Source: Candidatus Poseidoniales archaeon (GTDB lineage Archaea > Thermoplasmatota > Poseidoniia > Poseidoniales > Poseidoniaceae). Taken from it: DNA of 64,000 nt. The position numbers and the translations under genes are program-made. This document shows, piece by piece, positions 28,487-37,810 of the stretch. Location: NCBI GenBank assembly GCA_019651595.1, contig BOYQ01000006.1, forward strand, positions 44,044 through 108,043, given 5' to 3'. Below the pieces are notes generated by a model. The model was not told the DNA's origin. It made no database searches and worked only from the letters and a program-made list of their open reading frames with translations. Positions within the stretch are counted from its first letter, which is position 1. Each line of letters opens with the position of its first letter.

Positions 28487-29752
28487 ATGCACATCGCCAT
28501 GGTCTCGGGCGAGTATCCTCCTCGATGGGGCGGCATCGGCTCCGTGGTTTTCCATCTGGCGGGTCATTTGGCTCAACGCGGCCACGACGTGACCATCATC
28601 ACGCGGACGCACAAACAGCCCACGCCGCAACAACCCGGCGTGAGTGTGCTCCAAGTCCCCTGGCTCAAAGCACCCATGGCGTTCACGCGGTCCTACGGAA
28701 AGCACGCCCTCACCGAACTTCGTCGCCTTCACAAGGTCAAACCGGTGGACGTCGTTCACACGCTTTTACCGCTCGTGAGCTGGACGGCCAAGGAATACCT
28801 GTGGGTGGAAGAGCACATCGCCCCCGTGGTTTCGGCGCTCAACGGCAGCTGGATCGGGGAGCGAGAGGGGATGAAACTTGCAGCCCGCCACAACGAGGCG
28901 GCCACGTGGAAGAACCCCAACGACCTCGCCATTTTGCTCACCGGAGGCTACTACGCCAAGTACGAACAAGCGGGCGTGGAACACTCGAGCGTTTCCGTTG
29001 CCATTTCAGATTCAACACGCCGTGAATTTGAGCAGTGGTATCGACCACCGGAGGAATGGCACTGTGAAACCGTGCTCTACGGCGTGGACCACAAGGTGTT
29101 CCGTCCGATGAACCACGACCACGAAGAGGAGCAACTGGCTTACGAAGCCCTTCGCAAGTCCTACGATGCGGCCGACGAAGCGGCCTTGTGCGGCCGTCCG
29201 GACACGGCCACCCCACTCTTGTTGGCCGTGGGGCGCTTGGTGGCGCGGAAAGGCCACCGAACCCTGCTCCGTTCCATGCCGTCCATCCTCAAACAGCATC
29301 CGGGCGCCCGACTGGTCATCATCGGGCGAGGCCACATGCGGAAAACGCTGATGCGCCAGGCGAAACGCTTGGGCATCGCTCACGCCGTTCACATTCAGCC
29401 CGGCATGAGTTTTGAGCAGTTGGCGCTCCATTTCCGCGCGGCCGATTTGGTCGTCTACCCGTCCTACTACGAAGGTCAGGGCCTGATTCCACTGGAAGCC
29501 CTGGCCAGCGGGACGCCGGTGGTGACGGTGGACCAACCACCGCTCACAGAGATGATCGACGAATCGGTGGGCGGTCTGTTTGCCTGCGGCGACCATGAGG
29601 ATTTAGCCCGAGCCGTGAACCACTGCCTTGACCATCCCGAGGAGCGGACCCAACAAATGCAACGCGGACGCCAACGCGTGCTTGAACGCTTCACGTACGA
29701 GCACAACGCCGAAGCCTACGAGGCCATCTACGCTTCGCTGTTCGACGAGTGA
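28487..29752 (+). CDS. family-4 (GT-B) glycosyltransferase
   Basis: MHIAMVSGEYPPRWGGIGSVV..., and a C-terminal E-x7-E region (PSYYEGQGLIPLEALASGTPVV). Confidence 0.85.
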   Translation: MHIAMVSGEYPPRWGGIGSVVFHLAGHLAQRGHDVTIITRTHKQPTPQQPGVSVLQVPWLKAPMAFTRSYGKHALTELRRLHKVKPVDVVHTLLPLVSWTAKEYLWVEEHIAPVVSALNGSWIGEREGMKLAARHNEAATWKNPNDLAILLTGGYYAKYEQAGVEHSSVSVAISDSTRREFEQWYRPPEEWHCETVLYGVDHKVFRPMNHDHEEEQLAYEALRKSYDAADEAALCGRPDTATPLLLAVGRLVARKGHRTLLRSMPSILKQHPGARLVIIGRGHMRKTLMRQAKRLGIAHAVHIQPGMSFEQLALHFRAADLVVYPSYYEGQGLIPLEALASGTPVVTVDQPPLTEMIDESVGGLFACGDHEDLARAVNHCLDHPEERTQQMQRGRQRVLERFTYEHNAEAYEAIYASLFDE

Positions 29753-29799
29753 AAGCGCTCGTCCGTAAGGTTCTCATTGGTGAGCACCGACCAACCACC

Positions 29800-31281
29800 A
29801 TGCGAGCACGCGCTGTGTTTCTCTCCCTTTTGGTCGCCACCCTCTCCCTCTCCGGCTGTTTCGGCGAAGAAGAGGTCATGACGGTGGTTGAACCTGAGGT
29901 TGAAGAACAACCTCGCGTGTTTGTGACCGACAAGAACGGTGTCTCCATCGACACGATGCCGCTGGAGATGACCTTCCAGTTCAGCGACGTTGGTGAAACG
30001 GGCAAAGAGCCCAGCATTGGCATCACCTCCAGCGGGTGCATCTTTTTCATCGCCATGGAGAAGGTCATGCGGTCGTGCGACGGTGGCCTGACATGGGAGG
30101 AGACCCAAGACCCCGTGATGTGTTCTCCGACCACCAGCGACCCCTACGGCTGGGTTGACCCGATCACCGACCGCGTGTTTGGCGTCCAGATGATCGGCCT
30201 CGAAACCTCGTGGATCTGCTGGAGCGACGATGACGGCCAGACGTGGATGGGCAACCCCCACGATTCGGGGACCACGCCCCTCAACGACCACATCAAACTC
30301 GCCAGCGGCCCGTGGACGTCCAGCGGCTACGGCGCCCTGGGCCAGTTCACCGGCAGTTTCTACGAAACCGCGGTGTACTACTGCTACAACAAACTCGCCG
30401 GTATTTTCTGCTTCACCAGCTTTGACGGCGGTGCGAGCTTTGAGGCGGGCGGCCAAATTGTCGGCCTCGCCACCACCAACGGTGGCTTGCACGGGGCGAT
30501 TTCCACAGCGCCCGACGGCACGGTCTACGTCACGCCTCGCGTGGCCACGCCCACGGTCATCGTTTCCAAAGACAACGGCTTCTCGTGGTTCGAACGCTAC
30601 ATGGGCGAAGACGTGGGGACCCCCAACCCTCGCAAGAACTCCGAAGTCTCGACCGACAGCGCCTCGAACGCCTACCACGTGTGGACGGGCGCAGACGAAG
30701 GCATCTACATGTCCCGTTCCATGGATTCGGGCGAGACATGGGAGCAGGAGAGCATCCGCATCTCCCCTGTCGAAGTCATCTCCTCGGTCTTCCCGCAAAC
30801 CGATGCGGGCGACCCGGGGCGCATTGCCATCACCTACCTCGGCAGCGAGAACGCCGAGATGCTCAACCAGTCGGACATTGACGGCAACCCGTGGGACGGC
30901 AACGCTCACTACGCTCCCAACAACGCCACCTACCACCTCTACATCACGTACAGCCTCAACGCTTTGGACGAAGATCCGGTTTTCCACACCTACCGTGTCA
31001 CCGACGACCCCGTTCAGGTCGGCTCCATCTGCTTGAACTCGGGCGATTGCCGAGACATCGGCGGATCAAACCGAAACCTGCTGGATTTCAACGACCTTCA
31101 CATCGACCGTGAAGGCCGAGTTTACGTTGCGTTTGCTGACGGGTGCACCGGCGACTGTGCGACGAATGAAAACGCCACGGCCGCTGATTCTCGAGACGGG
31201 CGCGGGTCGGTCTACTACCTAGCCAGCGGCCCGAGCCTCATCGAAGAATTCGGTCTCATGATGCCCCTCATCGACGAGTGA
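29800..31281 (+). CDS. secreted lipoprotein with BNR/Asp-box repeats (paralogue of 4543-5988)
   Basis: Lipobox LSLSGCFGEEE. Asp-boxes are SCDGGLTW, SDDDGQTW, SFDGGASF, SKDNGFSW and SMDSGETW. Confidence 0.8.
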   Translation: MRARAVFLSLLVATLSLSGCFGEEEVMTVVEPEVEEQPRVFVTDKNGVSIDTMPLEMTFQFSDVGETGKEPSIGITSSGCIFFIAMEKVMRSCDGGLTWEETQDPVMCSPTTSDPYGWVDPITDRVFGVQMIGLETSWICWSDDDGQTWMGNPHDSGTTPLNDHIKLASGPWTSSGYGALGQFTGSFYETAVYYCYNKLAGIFCFTSFDGGASFEAGGQIVGLATTNGGLHGAISTAPDGTVYVTPRVATPTVIVSKDNGFSWFERYMGEDVGTPNPRKNSEVSTDSASNAYHVWTGADEGIYMSRSMDSGETWEQESIRISPVEVISSVFPQTDAGDPGRIAITYLGSENAEMLNQSDIDGNPWDGNAHYAPNNATYHLYITYSLNALDEDPVFHTYRVTDDPVQVGSICLNSGDCRDIGGSNRNLLDFNDLHIDREGRVYVAFADGCTGDCATNENATAADSRDGRGSVYYLASGPSLIEEFGLMMPLIDE

Positions 31282-31286
31282 GAGCA

Positions 31287-32288
31287 TCAAGCGAACAAGC
31301 GGGCTCGAATCTTGCGCAGGCTGAGCCTGAGGCCCAGAAGCCCCTTTCGCAAGGTGGACAACTTCACCGGTTGCGTGAACACATCGCCGGATCGGCGAAC
31401 GATTTCGTTGAGAATGGAGGTGTAAGCATCGGCCATGATCTCCGGTTGCACCCTTGCTCGACCGTCGAGGTAGCCAAAGAGGTGGTTAGCGGAAGTTTGG
31501 TGACGCTTGATCACGTCAACGTATTCGACGACGAAGCCCTTCCATGCAAGGGTTTCAGCGATGGTCTCGGTGCTCAACATTTCGAGGGAGATGTTGTGCG
31601 TTGCAAGCACCTCAAGCGGGAGGTAAATTCGGCCCCGTTCGAGGTCTTCATTGATGTCGCGAAGCACGTTGATGAGTTGCATTTGGATGCCCAAATCGAT
31701 GGCGTGAAGACGGGCCGCACGGTCCTCGTAGCCGTAGATTTCAATCAGAATGAGGCCCACGGCAGAGGCGACTTTGTAGCAGTAGGATCGAAGTTCGTCC
31801 CACGTTTGGTTTCGGACGGGATAAAGGTCGTCTTCCATGCCTTCAATGACGGTTTCGAAATCGGCGAGTTTGATGGGGTAGCGGTTGAAGACGTCCTGAA
31901 GCGCGATGAAAATCGGGTGATCATCATCCGACAGGGTTTGGTCGGCCGCCTCCTCGAGTTTGAGACGAATGTCCACCAGCGCCATCATTCGTCGTCGGTG
32001 CTCATCGGGCGCCAACGAGGGCGTGGCCCCTGCGTGGAGTTCGTTCACGACGGCTTGGCGGCGTTCGGTCGCTTCTCGCAGGGCCTCGGTTTCCAGGATG
32101 GTGGGCTCTTCATCGCCGTCAACGATGTCGTCAACCCATCGGCACAAGGCGTAAACGGCGTGAACCGCACGGCGTTTGTCGAGCTGGAGAGCACTGAACG
32201 AGGAATAGAACGTGGTGGACGCGTTTCGACACACGGCCTCGCAAAACGCATAGGCCTCGTCAAGACGGTGCTGTTCCATGGTGACCAC
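31287..32288 (-). CDS. crtB: phytoene synthase
   Basis: Squalene/phytoene synthase motifs: YAFCEAVCRNASTTFYSSF, YALCRWVDDIVDG, DINEDLERGRIYLP. Confidence 0.9.
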   Translation of the reverse strand: MVTMEQHRLDEAYAFCEAVCRNASTTFYSSFSALQLDKRRAVHAVYALCRWVDDIVDGDEEPTILETEALREATERRQAVVNELHAGATPSLAPDEHRRRMMALVDIRLKLEEAADQTLSDDDHPIFIALQDVFNRYPIKLADFETVIEGMEDDLYPVRNQTWDELRSYCYKVASAVGLILIEIYGYEDRAARLHAIDLGIQMQLINVLRDINEDLERGRIYLPLEVLATHNISLEMLSTETIAETLAWKGFVVEYVDVIKRHQTSANHLFGYLDGRARVQPEIMADAYTSILNEIVRRSGDVFTQPVKLSTLRKGLLGLRLSLRKIRARLFA

Positions 32289-33926
32289 TCAAGCAGATGT
32301 TGGGGTGCCGCTTGACGGTTCTTTTGAGGTTTTGTTGAGGGCAGCCCGCCCTTGCTTGGAGCGCTTACGACTCTCAAACCACGTGTCAACGCCGTTCCAG
32401 TCAGGGATGATGCCCAAGCTGTCGAGCAGCAACTTGCTGCTGATGCGGGCGGATTCGTAAATCACGGGCAGGCCGCTGCCGGGGTGGGTGCCGCCGCCGA
32501 CAAGGTAGAGGTTGTTGATCTCGTCAAACTGGTTCTTTGGTCGTCGCCAGAGCATCTGGTCGAGCCCGTGAGCCAAGTTGAACACGGCCCCTCGGTAGCA
32601 GTGGTCGCCCCAGTCTTCGGGCGTGATGATCATCTCGGTCACGATGTGGTCTCGCAGGCCTTCAAAGCCAAGTTTCTCTTCAATCTGGTCGAGCACACGG
32701 TCCCTGTAGGCGTCCTTTTCCTTTGACCAGTCGATGTTTTCATGGATGTGGGAAACGGGAACGAGGGCGTAAACGGTAGAGCAGCCCTCGGGGGCCAGAC
32801 TCGGGTCGACCACGCATGCGTTTTGAACGTAGACCGACGGATCGTCCCACGTCAGTTTGTGGTTCTTTTCGATGTCTTCGAGGTTCTTCTGATAGTTGGC
32901 AGAAGCGTAGATTTGGTGGTGCGGGAGGTCTTCGTAGGTTTTGTCAATGCCCAGGTAAATCATGAAGGTCGAGCAGGAATATTTCTTGCCGTCGAGCTTT
33001 TTGTTGCTCCACTTCTTGCGGACGTTGTCGGGGAAGAGTTGGGTCATCCCCTGGGCAAAGTCAGCGTTCATGACGACTTTGTCAGCAAAGAATTCGCCTT
33101 GCTTGGTGCGAACACCCTTGATGGTCTTGCCGTCCATGATGACCGATTCAACGGCTTCGTTCATGCGGAACGTGACGCCGAGGTCCTTGGCGATGCTCGC
33201 CATGCGTTCACTGACGCTGCCCAGTCCACCGATCGGGTGGAAAATGCCGTATTCGTATTCGAGGAAGGCGAGCATGGTGAACAGGCTGGGGCAATTAAAC
33301 GGGGACATGCCGAGGTACTTGGTTTGGAACGACATGGCCAACATCAACCGGTCGTCGTCAAAGAGTTTCATCAAATCGCCAGCGACCGAGCGCTGAGGGC
33401 GGAGGACGCCGGCCACGCGCATGGCTCGCTTGGAGAGAAGGTCGGTGGGGCCGTACCAGGGCTCCTGGAGGCAGGCCTTTGACTTGTGGAGTTTCACACG
33501 GTTGTCCGCCACGTACCGTCGGAAGGCGTTGGCGTTGTGGTCGCCGGAGAGCTCACGGATGCGTTCGGTCATTTCGTCGAGGTCGCTGGTGCAGTCGAGT
33601 TGACCGCCCTGACCGAAGATAAGTCGGTAGTTGAGGTCCAACTTGTGCAGGTTAAGTTCCTCGTGAGCATCCATGCCAATGGCCTTGAAAATGTCCTCAA
33701 TGACTTCGGGGTAGTGGAAGAACGTCGGTCCGAGGTCGAACTTGAACCCGTCTCGGTCAAACACTTTGTTTCGACCGCCAACGGCGCTGGAGCGCTCGAA
33801 AACCGTGACGTCAACGCCCGATTTTGCCAGCAACAGAGCGGATGCGAGACCGCCCGGGCCTGCCCCGATGATGGCCACTTTTGGTTGAGAACTTCCAGTC
33901 ATGGTTCCCGCTGAGCGCTTAGGCAT
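32289..33926 (-). CDS. crtI: phytoene desaturase (CrtI family FAD-dependent oxidoreductase)
   Basis: Rossmann motif KVAIIGAGPGGLASALLLAKSG...ERSSAVGGR and C-terminal LYLVGGGTHPGSGLP. Its stop abuts the crtB start. Confidence 0.9.
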   Translation of the reverse strand: MPKRSAGTMTGSSQPKVAIIGAGPGGLASALLLAKSGVDVTVFERSSAVGGRNKVFDRDGFKFDLGPTFFHYPEVIEDIFKAIGMDAHEELNLHKLDLNYRLIFGQGGQLDCTSDLDEMTERIRELSGDHNANAFRRYVADNRVKLHKSKACLQEPWYGPTDLLSKRAMRVAGVLRPQRSVAGDLMKLFDDDRLMLAMSFQTKYLGMSPFNCPSLFTMLAFLEYEYGIFHPIGGLGSVSERMASIAKDLGVTFRMNEAVESVIMDGKTIKGVRTKQGEFFADKVVMNADFAQGMTQLFPDNVRKKWSNKKLDGKKYSCSTFMIYLGIDKTYEDLPHHQIYASANYQKNLEDIEKNHKLTWDDPSVYVQNACVVDPSLAPEGCSTVYALVPVSHIHENIDWSKEKDAYRDRVLDQIEEKLGFEGLRDHIVTEMIITPEDWGDHCYRGAVFNLAHGLDQMLWRRPKNQFDEINNLYLVGGGTHPGSGLPVIYESARISSKLLLDSLGIIPDWNGVDTWFESRKRSKQGRAALNKTSKEPSSGTPTSA

Positions 33927-33972
33927 ATAAATGGCGGTTTTTGTTCATAAAAAATTTATGAAAAATAACACT
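33927..33972 (-). promoter_or_regulatory. AT-rich spacer with TATA-like box upstream of crtI
   Basis: A 46-nt, strongly AT-rich gap in a GC-rich genome. The minus strand reads ...cataaattttttatgaacaaaaaccgccatttatATG. The T/A box lies about 20-30 nt before the ATG. Confidence 0.4.
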
Positions 33973-35241
33973 TCATTCGCTGGTCGGAAGGATGTTGTTC
34001 GGGTCGATGAGAACCGAGAATTCGTCGAGGTAAGGGCCCATGGAACTGATGAGATCCACGTTGGGGTGACCTTTGAGCACCATGCCGTCCATGTACATCA
34101 ACGAACGGATGATGGGAAACGCCTCCTCGCCGAAGGCACACCCCGCCAGCACGGCAGCTTTGACCGTCTTCATCATCTGCTCCGTCAGTGAAACCTCGCT
34201 GACGGACGTGCCAACGAACCCGTCGTAGAGTTCGTTCATTGAGTCGTAGTAGGTTTGCAGGGTGCTGCCGGTCGGACGGACCGCTGCCATCGTCAGCATG
34301 GCATCGAAGGCGTTTTTGAGTTCACCCTTGGCGAGGAAATAGAAGAAACCGAACAGGGCGTTTCGAACATGCTCAGGTGCGTTACAAATGGCACCGGTGT
34401 CGATGAAAAAGAAGTTACCTTGGTCGTCCATCATGGCGTTGCCCGGGTGCAAATCACCGTGGAAGGTGCCAAGCCCGAACATGAACGCCCCGTGGATGCG
34501 AAAGAGTTCAAGCATGTCGGGCCAGGTCAAGGTGCCCGCTTCGAGGTGGTCTTCGAGGGTCGGGTGGGTGATTTCCTCCATGACCAGCACGCGCTCGTTG
34601 GAGAGGTTCTCCCACATGGTGGGGAATTTCAATTTCGGCATGGGAAAGTGCTCCTCGATGTTGTTGGCTCTTGCGATGAGCTGACGGCGGCCATCGATTT
34701 CGTTGAGGAGGTTCAGTTCTCGAACGGTGTAGTCTTCGATGTGGGCCAACAGGCCGAGAGGGTTGCCGACCTTCCGAAGCTTTGGACGGAAGAACAGACC
34801 CATTCGAATCCAACGTTTCATTCGTTGGACGTCCTGCTTGAAGTTGTCTTCAAAATCGGATTTGATGACTTTCACCACCACCTTGGTGCCGTCCTTGAGG
34901 ACGCCGCGGTGGATTTGGCCAATGCTGGCCGCTGCAAACGGCTTCATGTCGAGGTGCTCGAAATGGTCGAGAAACCCTTCAGGGGCAAATCGGTTCAGCA
35001 GGCGTTGTGAGTCTTCCTCGGGAATGGTGGCGGCTCTGCTGTAGAGCTGCTGGAGTTCAATGCAGCGTTGGGGTTCGATCAAATCCGGTCGGAGCGCGAA
35101 GATTTGCCCCAGTTTAACGGCCAGCAGACCCATCGATTGAATGGCGTCGATGTCGACCGGTTTCTTTCCCTTGATTTGTCGAAAGAACCGGATGAACGTC
35201 GCGAGTTTCATGGGGCTCACCCGCTTAATCGACCAGTTCAA
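33973..35241 (-). CDS. ubiB: ABC1/UbiB-family atypical protein kinase
   Basis: LGQIFALRPDLI, AAASIGQIHRGVLKDGTKVVVKV, FHGDLHPGNAMMD. Confidence 0.85.
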   Translation of the reverse strand: MNWSIKRVSPMKLATFIRFFRQIKGKKPVDIDAIQSMGLLAVKLGQIFALRPDLIEPQRCIELQQLYSRAATIPEEDSQRLLNRFAPEGFLDHFEHLDMKPFAAASIGQIHRGVLKDGTKVVVKVIKSDFEDNFKQDVQRMKRWIRMGLFFRPKLRKVGNPLGLLAHIEDYTVRELNLLNEIDGRRQLIARANNIEEHFPMPKLKFPTMWENLSNERVLVMEEITHPTLEDHLEAGTLTWPDMLELFRIHGAFMFGLGTFHGDLHPGNAMMDDQGNFFFIDTGAICNAPEHVRNALFGFFYFLAKGELKNAFDAMLTMAAVRPTGSTLQTYYDSMNELYDGFVGTSVSEVSLTEQMMKTVKAAVLAGCAFGEEAFPIIRSLMYMDGMVLKGHPNVDLISSMGPYLDEFSVLIDPNNILPTSE

Positions 35242-36626
35242 TCGTGTTCAATTCGTGCCGGTGAATGAGGTAGCGCCAGAGGTCGTCCTTGTCCCCGTTC
35301 CCTTCCACACGCTGAATCACCACGTTGGCTTCTTTCGCAAATCGGGTTGAGAGGGCGCCTTCGATGATTCCGTCGTCCATCTCCCACATCGGGAGGGCGT
35401 CCGGGTCGTCAACCGGTGGGTGGTTGAGGCCGACAACGACGTGGAATTGCGGGTCGACGTCGTACTGCAGCAAGCCCAGTCCAGCGTGTTCCCACCAGTC
35501 CATCATTTCGTCGAGGAATTCGATATCGTTTTCTATAGAACGCAGGGAGAAGGCGATTTCTTGCCCCACACGGTTGCCGATTTGACGCAGCATACGACTG
35601 ATGTCAATGCCCAGCACCTTGAGGTTGGACAGCTTTCCTTCCGTGAGGCGGCTGCGGGCTTCGTTCACCTCGTGGCCAGCGGCGAAAAAACGCCTCAGGG
35701 TCAAACGGTGTGTCTTCCTCCGGAAGCTGACCGTCAAAGCCGAGGGCGACAGAGACGTTCTTCAGGAATGAACCTTCACCGATGGTCAATCGAAGCGGGT
35801 CGTTGATCTGGTTTTCCGTGAAACGAGCACGGGCGGTCGCCAGCGGAACGGCGCCTTCCCAAATGGCATCGATCAGGTGAAGATGCGCTTGGGAGAACGG
35901 TCCTGACTCGATGATGAGGGCGGCGTCTTCTTTTCCTCGGCCAACCGGGTTGTCCTCGATGTTGAGGTACTGGATGACTTCGGCTTGGTCTTGGACAAAG
36001 CCCAGTGAATCCAATTCGTCCGAGTGTCGAACATCGATGCTCTTCTCCAACTGGTCAAAGAAGCGCAAGGTGCGGCCGTCCAAGTGGGTGATGATTTGGA
36101 CCACGACGCCCCGCACGGCTGCGGTGTTGACCGCCTCCAGCGCATCGGGGCTTCGGCAAAGATGGAGAATACCAAACTGACCCAAGAGTAAGATGAGCCG
36201 TTCCTCGGCATCGTTGGCCATCTTTTGCAGGCGGTTGTAAATGTGGCTGCGCTCCTTGAGCACGGCGAACCTTGGGTCATCGATGTCGCGACGTTGTTTC
36301 TCGTACGAAGCGTCGGTTTCCGTGATGCCTTTGGACAGCTCTTCAAACCCCTCCACCAAGCGGTCAAGTTGTTGTTTTCGAGACTGAATGATGTGCTCCA
36401 TGGCCTCGTTGATGCGGAGGCTGGAAAACAGCATCGGCCGGTCGGCCGTGGCGGTGACGATGCCCATCTCTTGGAGCCGTGAGAGGCTGTTGTAGGCGTC
36501 AAGACGGGTGGTGTTCAGTTCCTTGGCGAGTTCGGAAGCCTTCATTTTCGGTCGGGAACCAAGGATCATGATGGAACGAACCTCTCGTTCGTTCAGCCCG
36601 GCCTCCAGGAGTAACTCGTCCCACAT
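35225..36626 (-). CDS. TrmB-family transcriptional regulator with V4R-like C-terminal domain; one frame change at the T6/A6 run 35685-35690
   Basis: N-terminal TrmB wHTH (MKASELAKELNTTRLDAYNSLSRLQEMGIV). Fragments 35604-36626 and 35225-35737 join as ...DTPFDPEAFF|AAGHEVNEARS. The tail resembles a 4-vinyl-reductase (V4R) fold. Confidence 0.7.
35531..35540. repeat. palindrome TTCTATAGAA (copy 2, inside TrmB-like CDS)
   Basis: Exact 10-mer. Read as CGT TCT ATA GAA AAC (RSIEN). Confidence 0.9.
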
Positions 36627-37099
36627 CAGCCGTCACCTCGGACTTGTGAGATGTCGGCCAGGATTTTGGCCACGTGCCGTCGAGGCCGGAAGAGCCAGTC
36701 GTACACGTACTGGATGGTGTTGTCAGGCCCGATAAGGAAGGAGGATTTTGCGGGGAACTGGCCGAGGTGAACGGGGACGTTAAACATCTTCCCGACGATG
36801 CGTTCGGGGTCGGCCAGCAACGGGAACGGGAGGTCGCCGAGTGTGTTTTTGAACCCGGCCAGCTCTTCCGTGGTGCCCGGGCCGATGCCGACGATGGAGC
36901 AACCCACAGAGGCAAACAAGTCATGTTGCTCCTTGAACGTCAAGCACCCGCGCTTGCAAGTTGGTGAGTTGTTTCTTGAATAGAAGAAAACGATGCGCCA
37001 GGTGCCGTCCAACGACGTGCTGTCAAAGACTTCGCCATGCTCGTTCTCAAGGGAGAATCGAGGAGCATCTTGTCCGACGATGTTGGTTCGCATGGTCAT
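36626..37099 (-). CDS. bcp: peroxiredoxin (Bcp/PrxQ-type, AhpC/TSA family)
   Basis: ...WRIVFFYSRNNSPTCKRGC...; thioredoxin fold. ATGA overlap with the downstream trmB-like gene. Confidence 0.8.
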   Translation of the reverse strand: MTMRTNIVGQDAPRFSLENEHGEVFDSTSLDGTWRIVFFYSRNNSPTCKRGCLTFKEQHDLFASVGCSIVGIGPGTTEELAGFKNTLGDLPFPLLADPERIVGKMFNVPVHLGQFPAKSSFLIGPDNTIQYVYDWLFRPRRHVAKILADISQVRGDG

Positions 37100-37102
37100 T
37101 CC

Positions 37103-37714
37103 TCAGTTTGGAAGCAGATGACCCATCCTCGCGCCTTTGGTTTTCATGTACGACCGATTCTGGGCGCACTGGCCCACGATGATCGGCACTCGATTGGTAA
37201 CCTCGATGCCGTGGTCGAGGAGTTGGTCCCGCTTGTCGGGGTTGTTGGTGACCAGCTCGACGGAGGTGATGCCCATTGAGTACAACATTTCTGCTGCGAA
37301 ATCGTACTTTCGGGCGTCAGCGGGGAGGCCCAGAGCAAGGTTAGCGTCGAGGGTGTCGAGTCCGGTGTCTTGAAGGGCATAGGCCTGCATTTTCGAGTAC
37401 AGGCCGATGCCTCGACCTTCCTGACGCATGTAGGCGATAGCGCCTTGGCCACGTTCCTGAATCGCCTTCATTGAGGCATGGAGTTGTGGTCCGCAATCAC
37501 AGCGAAGAGAATGGAAGGCGTCGCCCGTGAGGCATTCGGAGTGGACCCGGACCAAGGGCGAGCCGCTTGTAAGATCGCCAACGTAAAGGACGGCGTGTTC
37601 CTTACCGTCGACCGGATCTCGGAAGGCTCGGATTCGAAAATCTCCGAATTCAGTGGGGAGCAGAGCGTCCGCTTCGGGGACGCTGTTAATGCGACGAATA
37701 CCAGCGCCTTCCAT
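37103..37714 (-). CDS. ribA: GTP cyclohydrolase II (monofunctional, bacterial type)
   Basis: VRVHSECLTGDAFHSLRCDCGPQL, YMRQEGRGIGL. Start chosen at MEGAGIR (37714), because a TATA box lies 23-30 nt upstream. Confidence 0.9.
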   Translation of the reverse strand: MEGAGIRRINSVPEADALLPTEFGDFRIRAFRDPVDGKEHAVLYVGDLTSGSPLVRVHSECLTGDAFHSLRCDCGPQLHASMKAIQERGQGAIAYMRQEGRGIGLYSKMQAYALQDTGLDTLDANLALGLPADARKYDFAAEMLYSMGITSVELVTNNPDKRDQLLDHGIEVTNRVPIIVGQCAQNRSYMKTKGARMGHLLPN

Positions 37715-37810
37715 GTTACAAAATCTACTGAGTTTGTATATAAACACTCGTCTTTTTCTTACAGGGACTCAAACTGCGTTTGATATACTGGGCTGATGAA
37801 ATATTGAGTG
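37715..37810. promoter_or_regulatory. bidirectional AT-rich promoter region (ribA operon <-> nudix-phr operon)
   Basis: tatataaa at 37737-37744 (TTTATATA on the minus strand) lies 23 nt from the ribA ATG. gatatact at 37782-37789 lies 22 nt from ATG 37811. No SD motif is present, consistent with leaderless archaeal mRNAs. Confidence 0.5.

Noticed and set aside
29728-30987. 419-aa minus-strand ORF, and likewise 31278-32315 (+), 19198-20142 (+) and 11954-13045 (+)
   Set aside because: All lie antisense to well-supported genes (Asp-box lipoprotein, crtB, uvrC, S15 peptidase). They are V/G/R/H-rich shadow frames.
35685-35690. Programmed ribosomal frameshifting or recoding at homopolymer runs (also 59270-59276 and others)
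   Set aside because: There are too many sites, in unrelated housekeeping genes. Several genes have multiple shifts within a few hundred nt, and no slippery-heptamer plus structure context is present. The pattern fits sequencing error.
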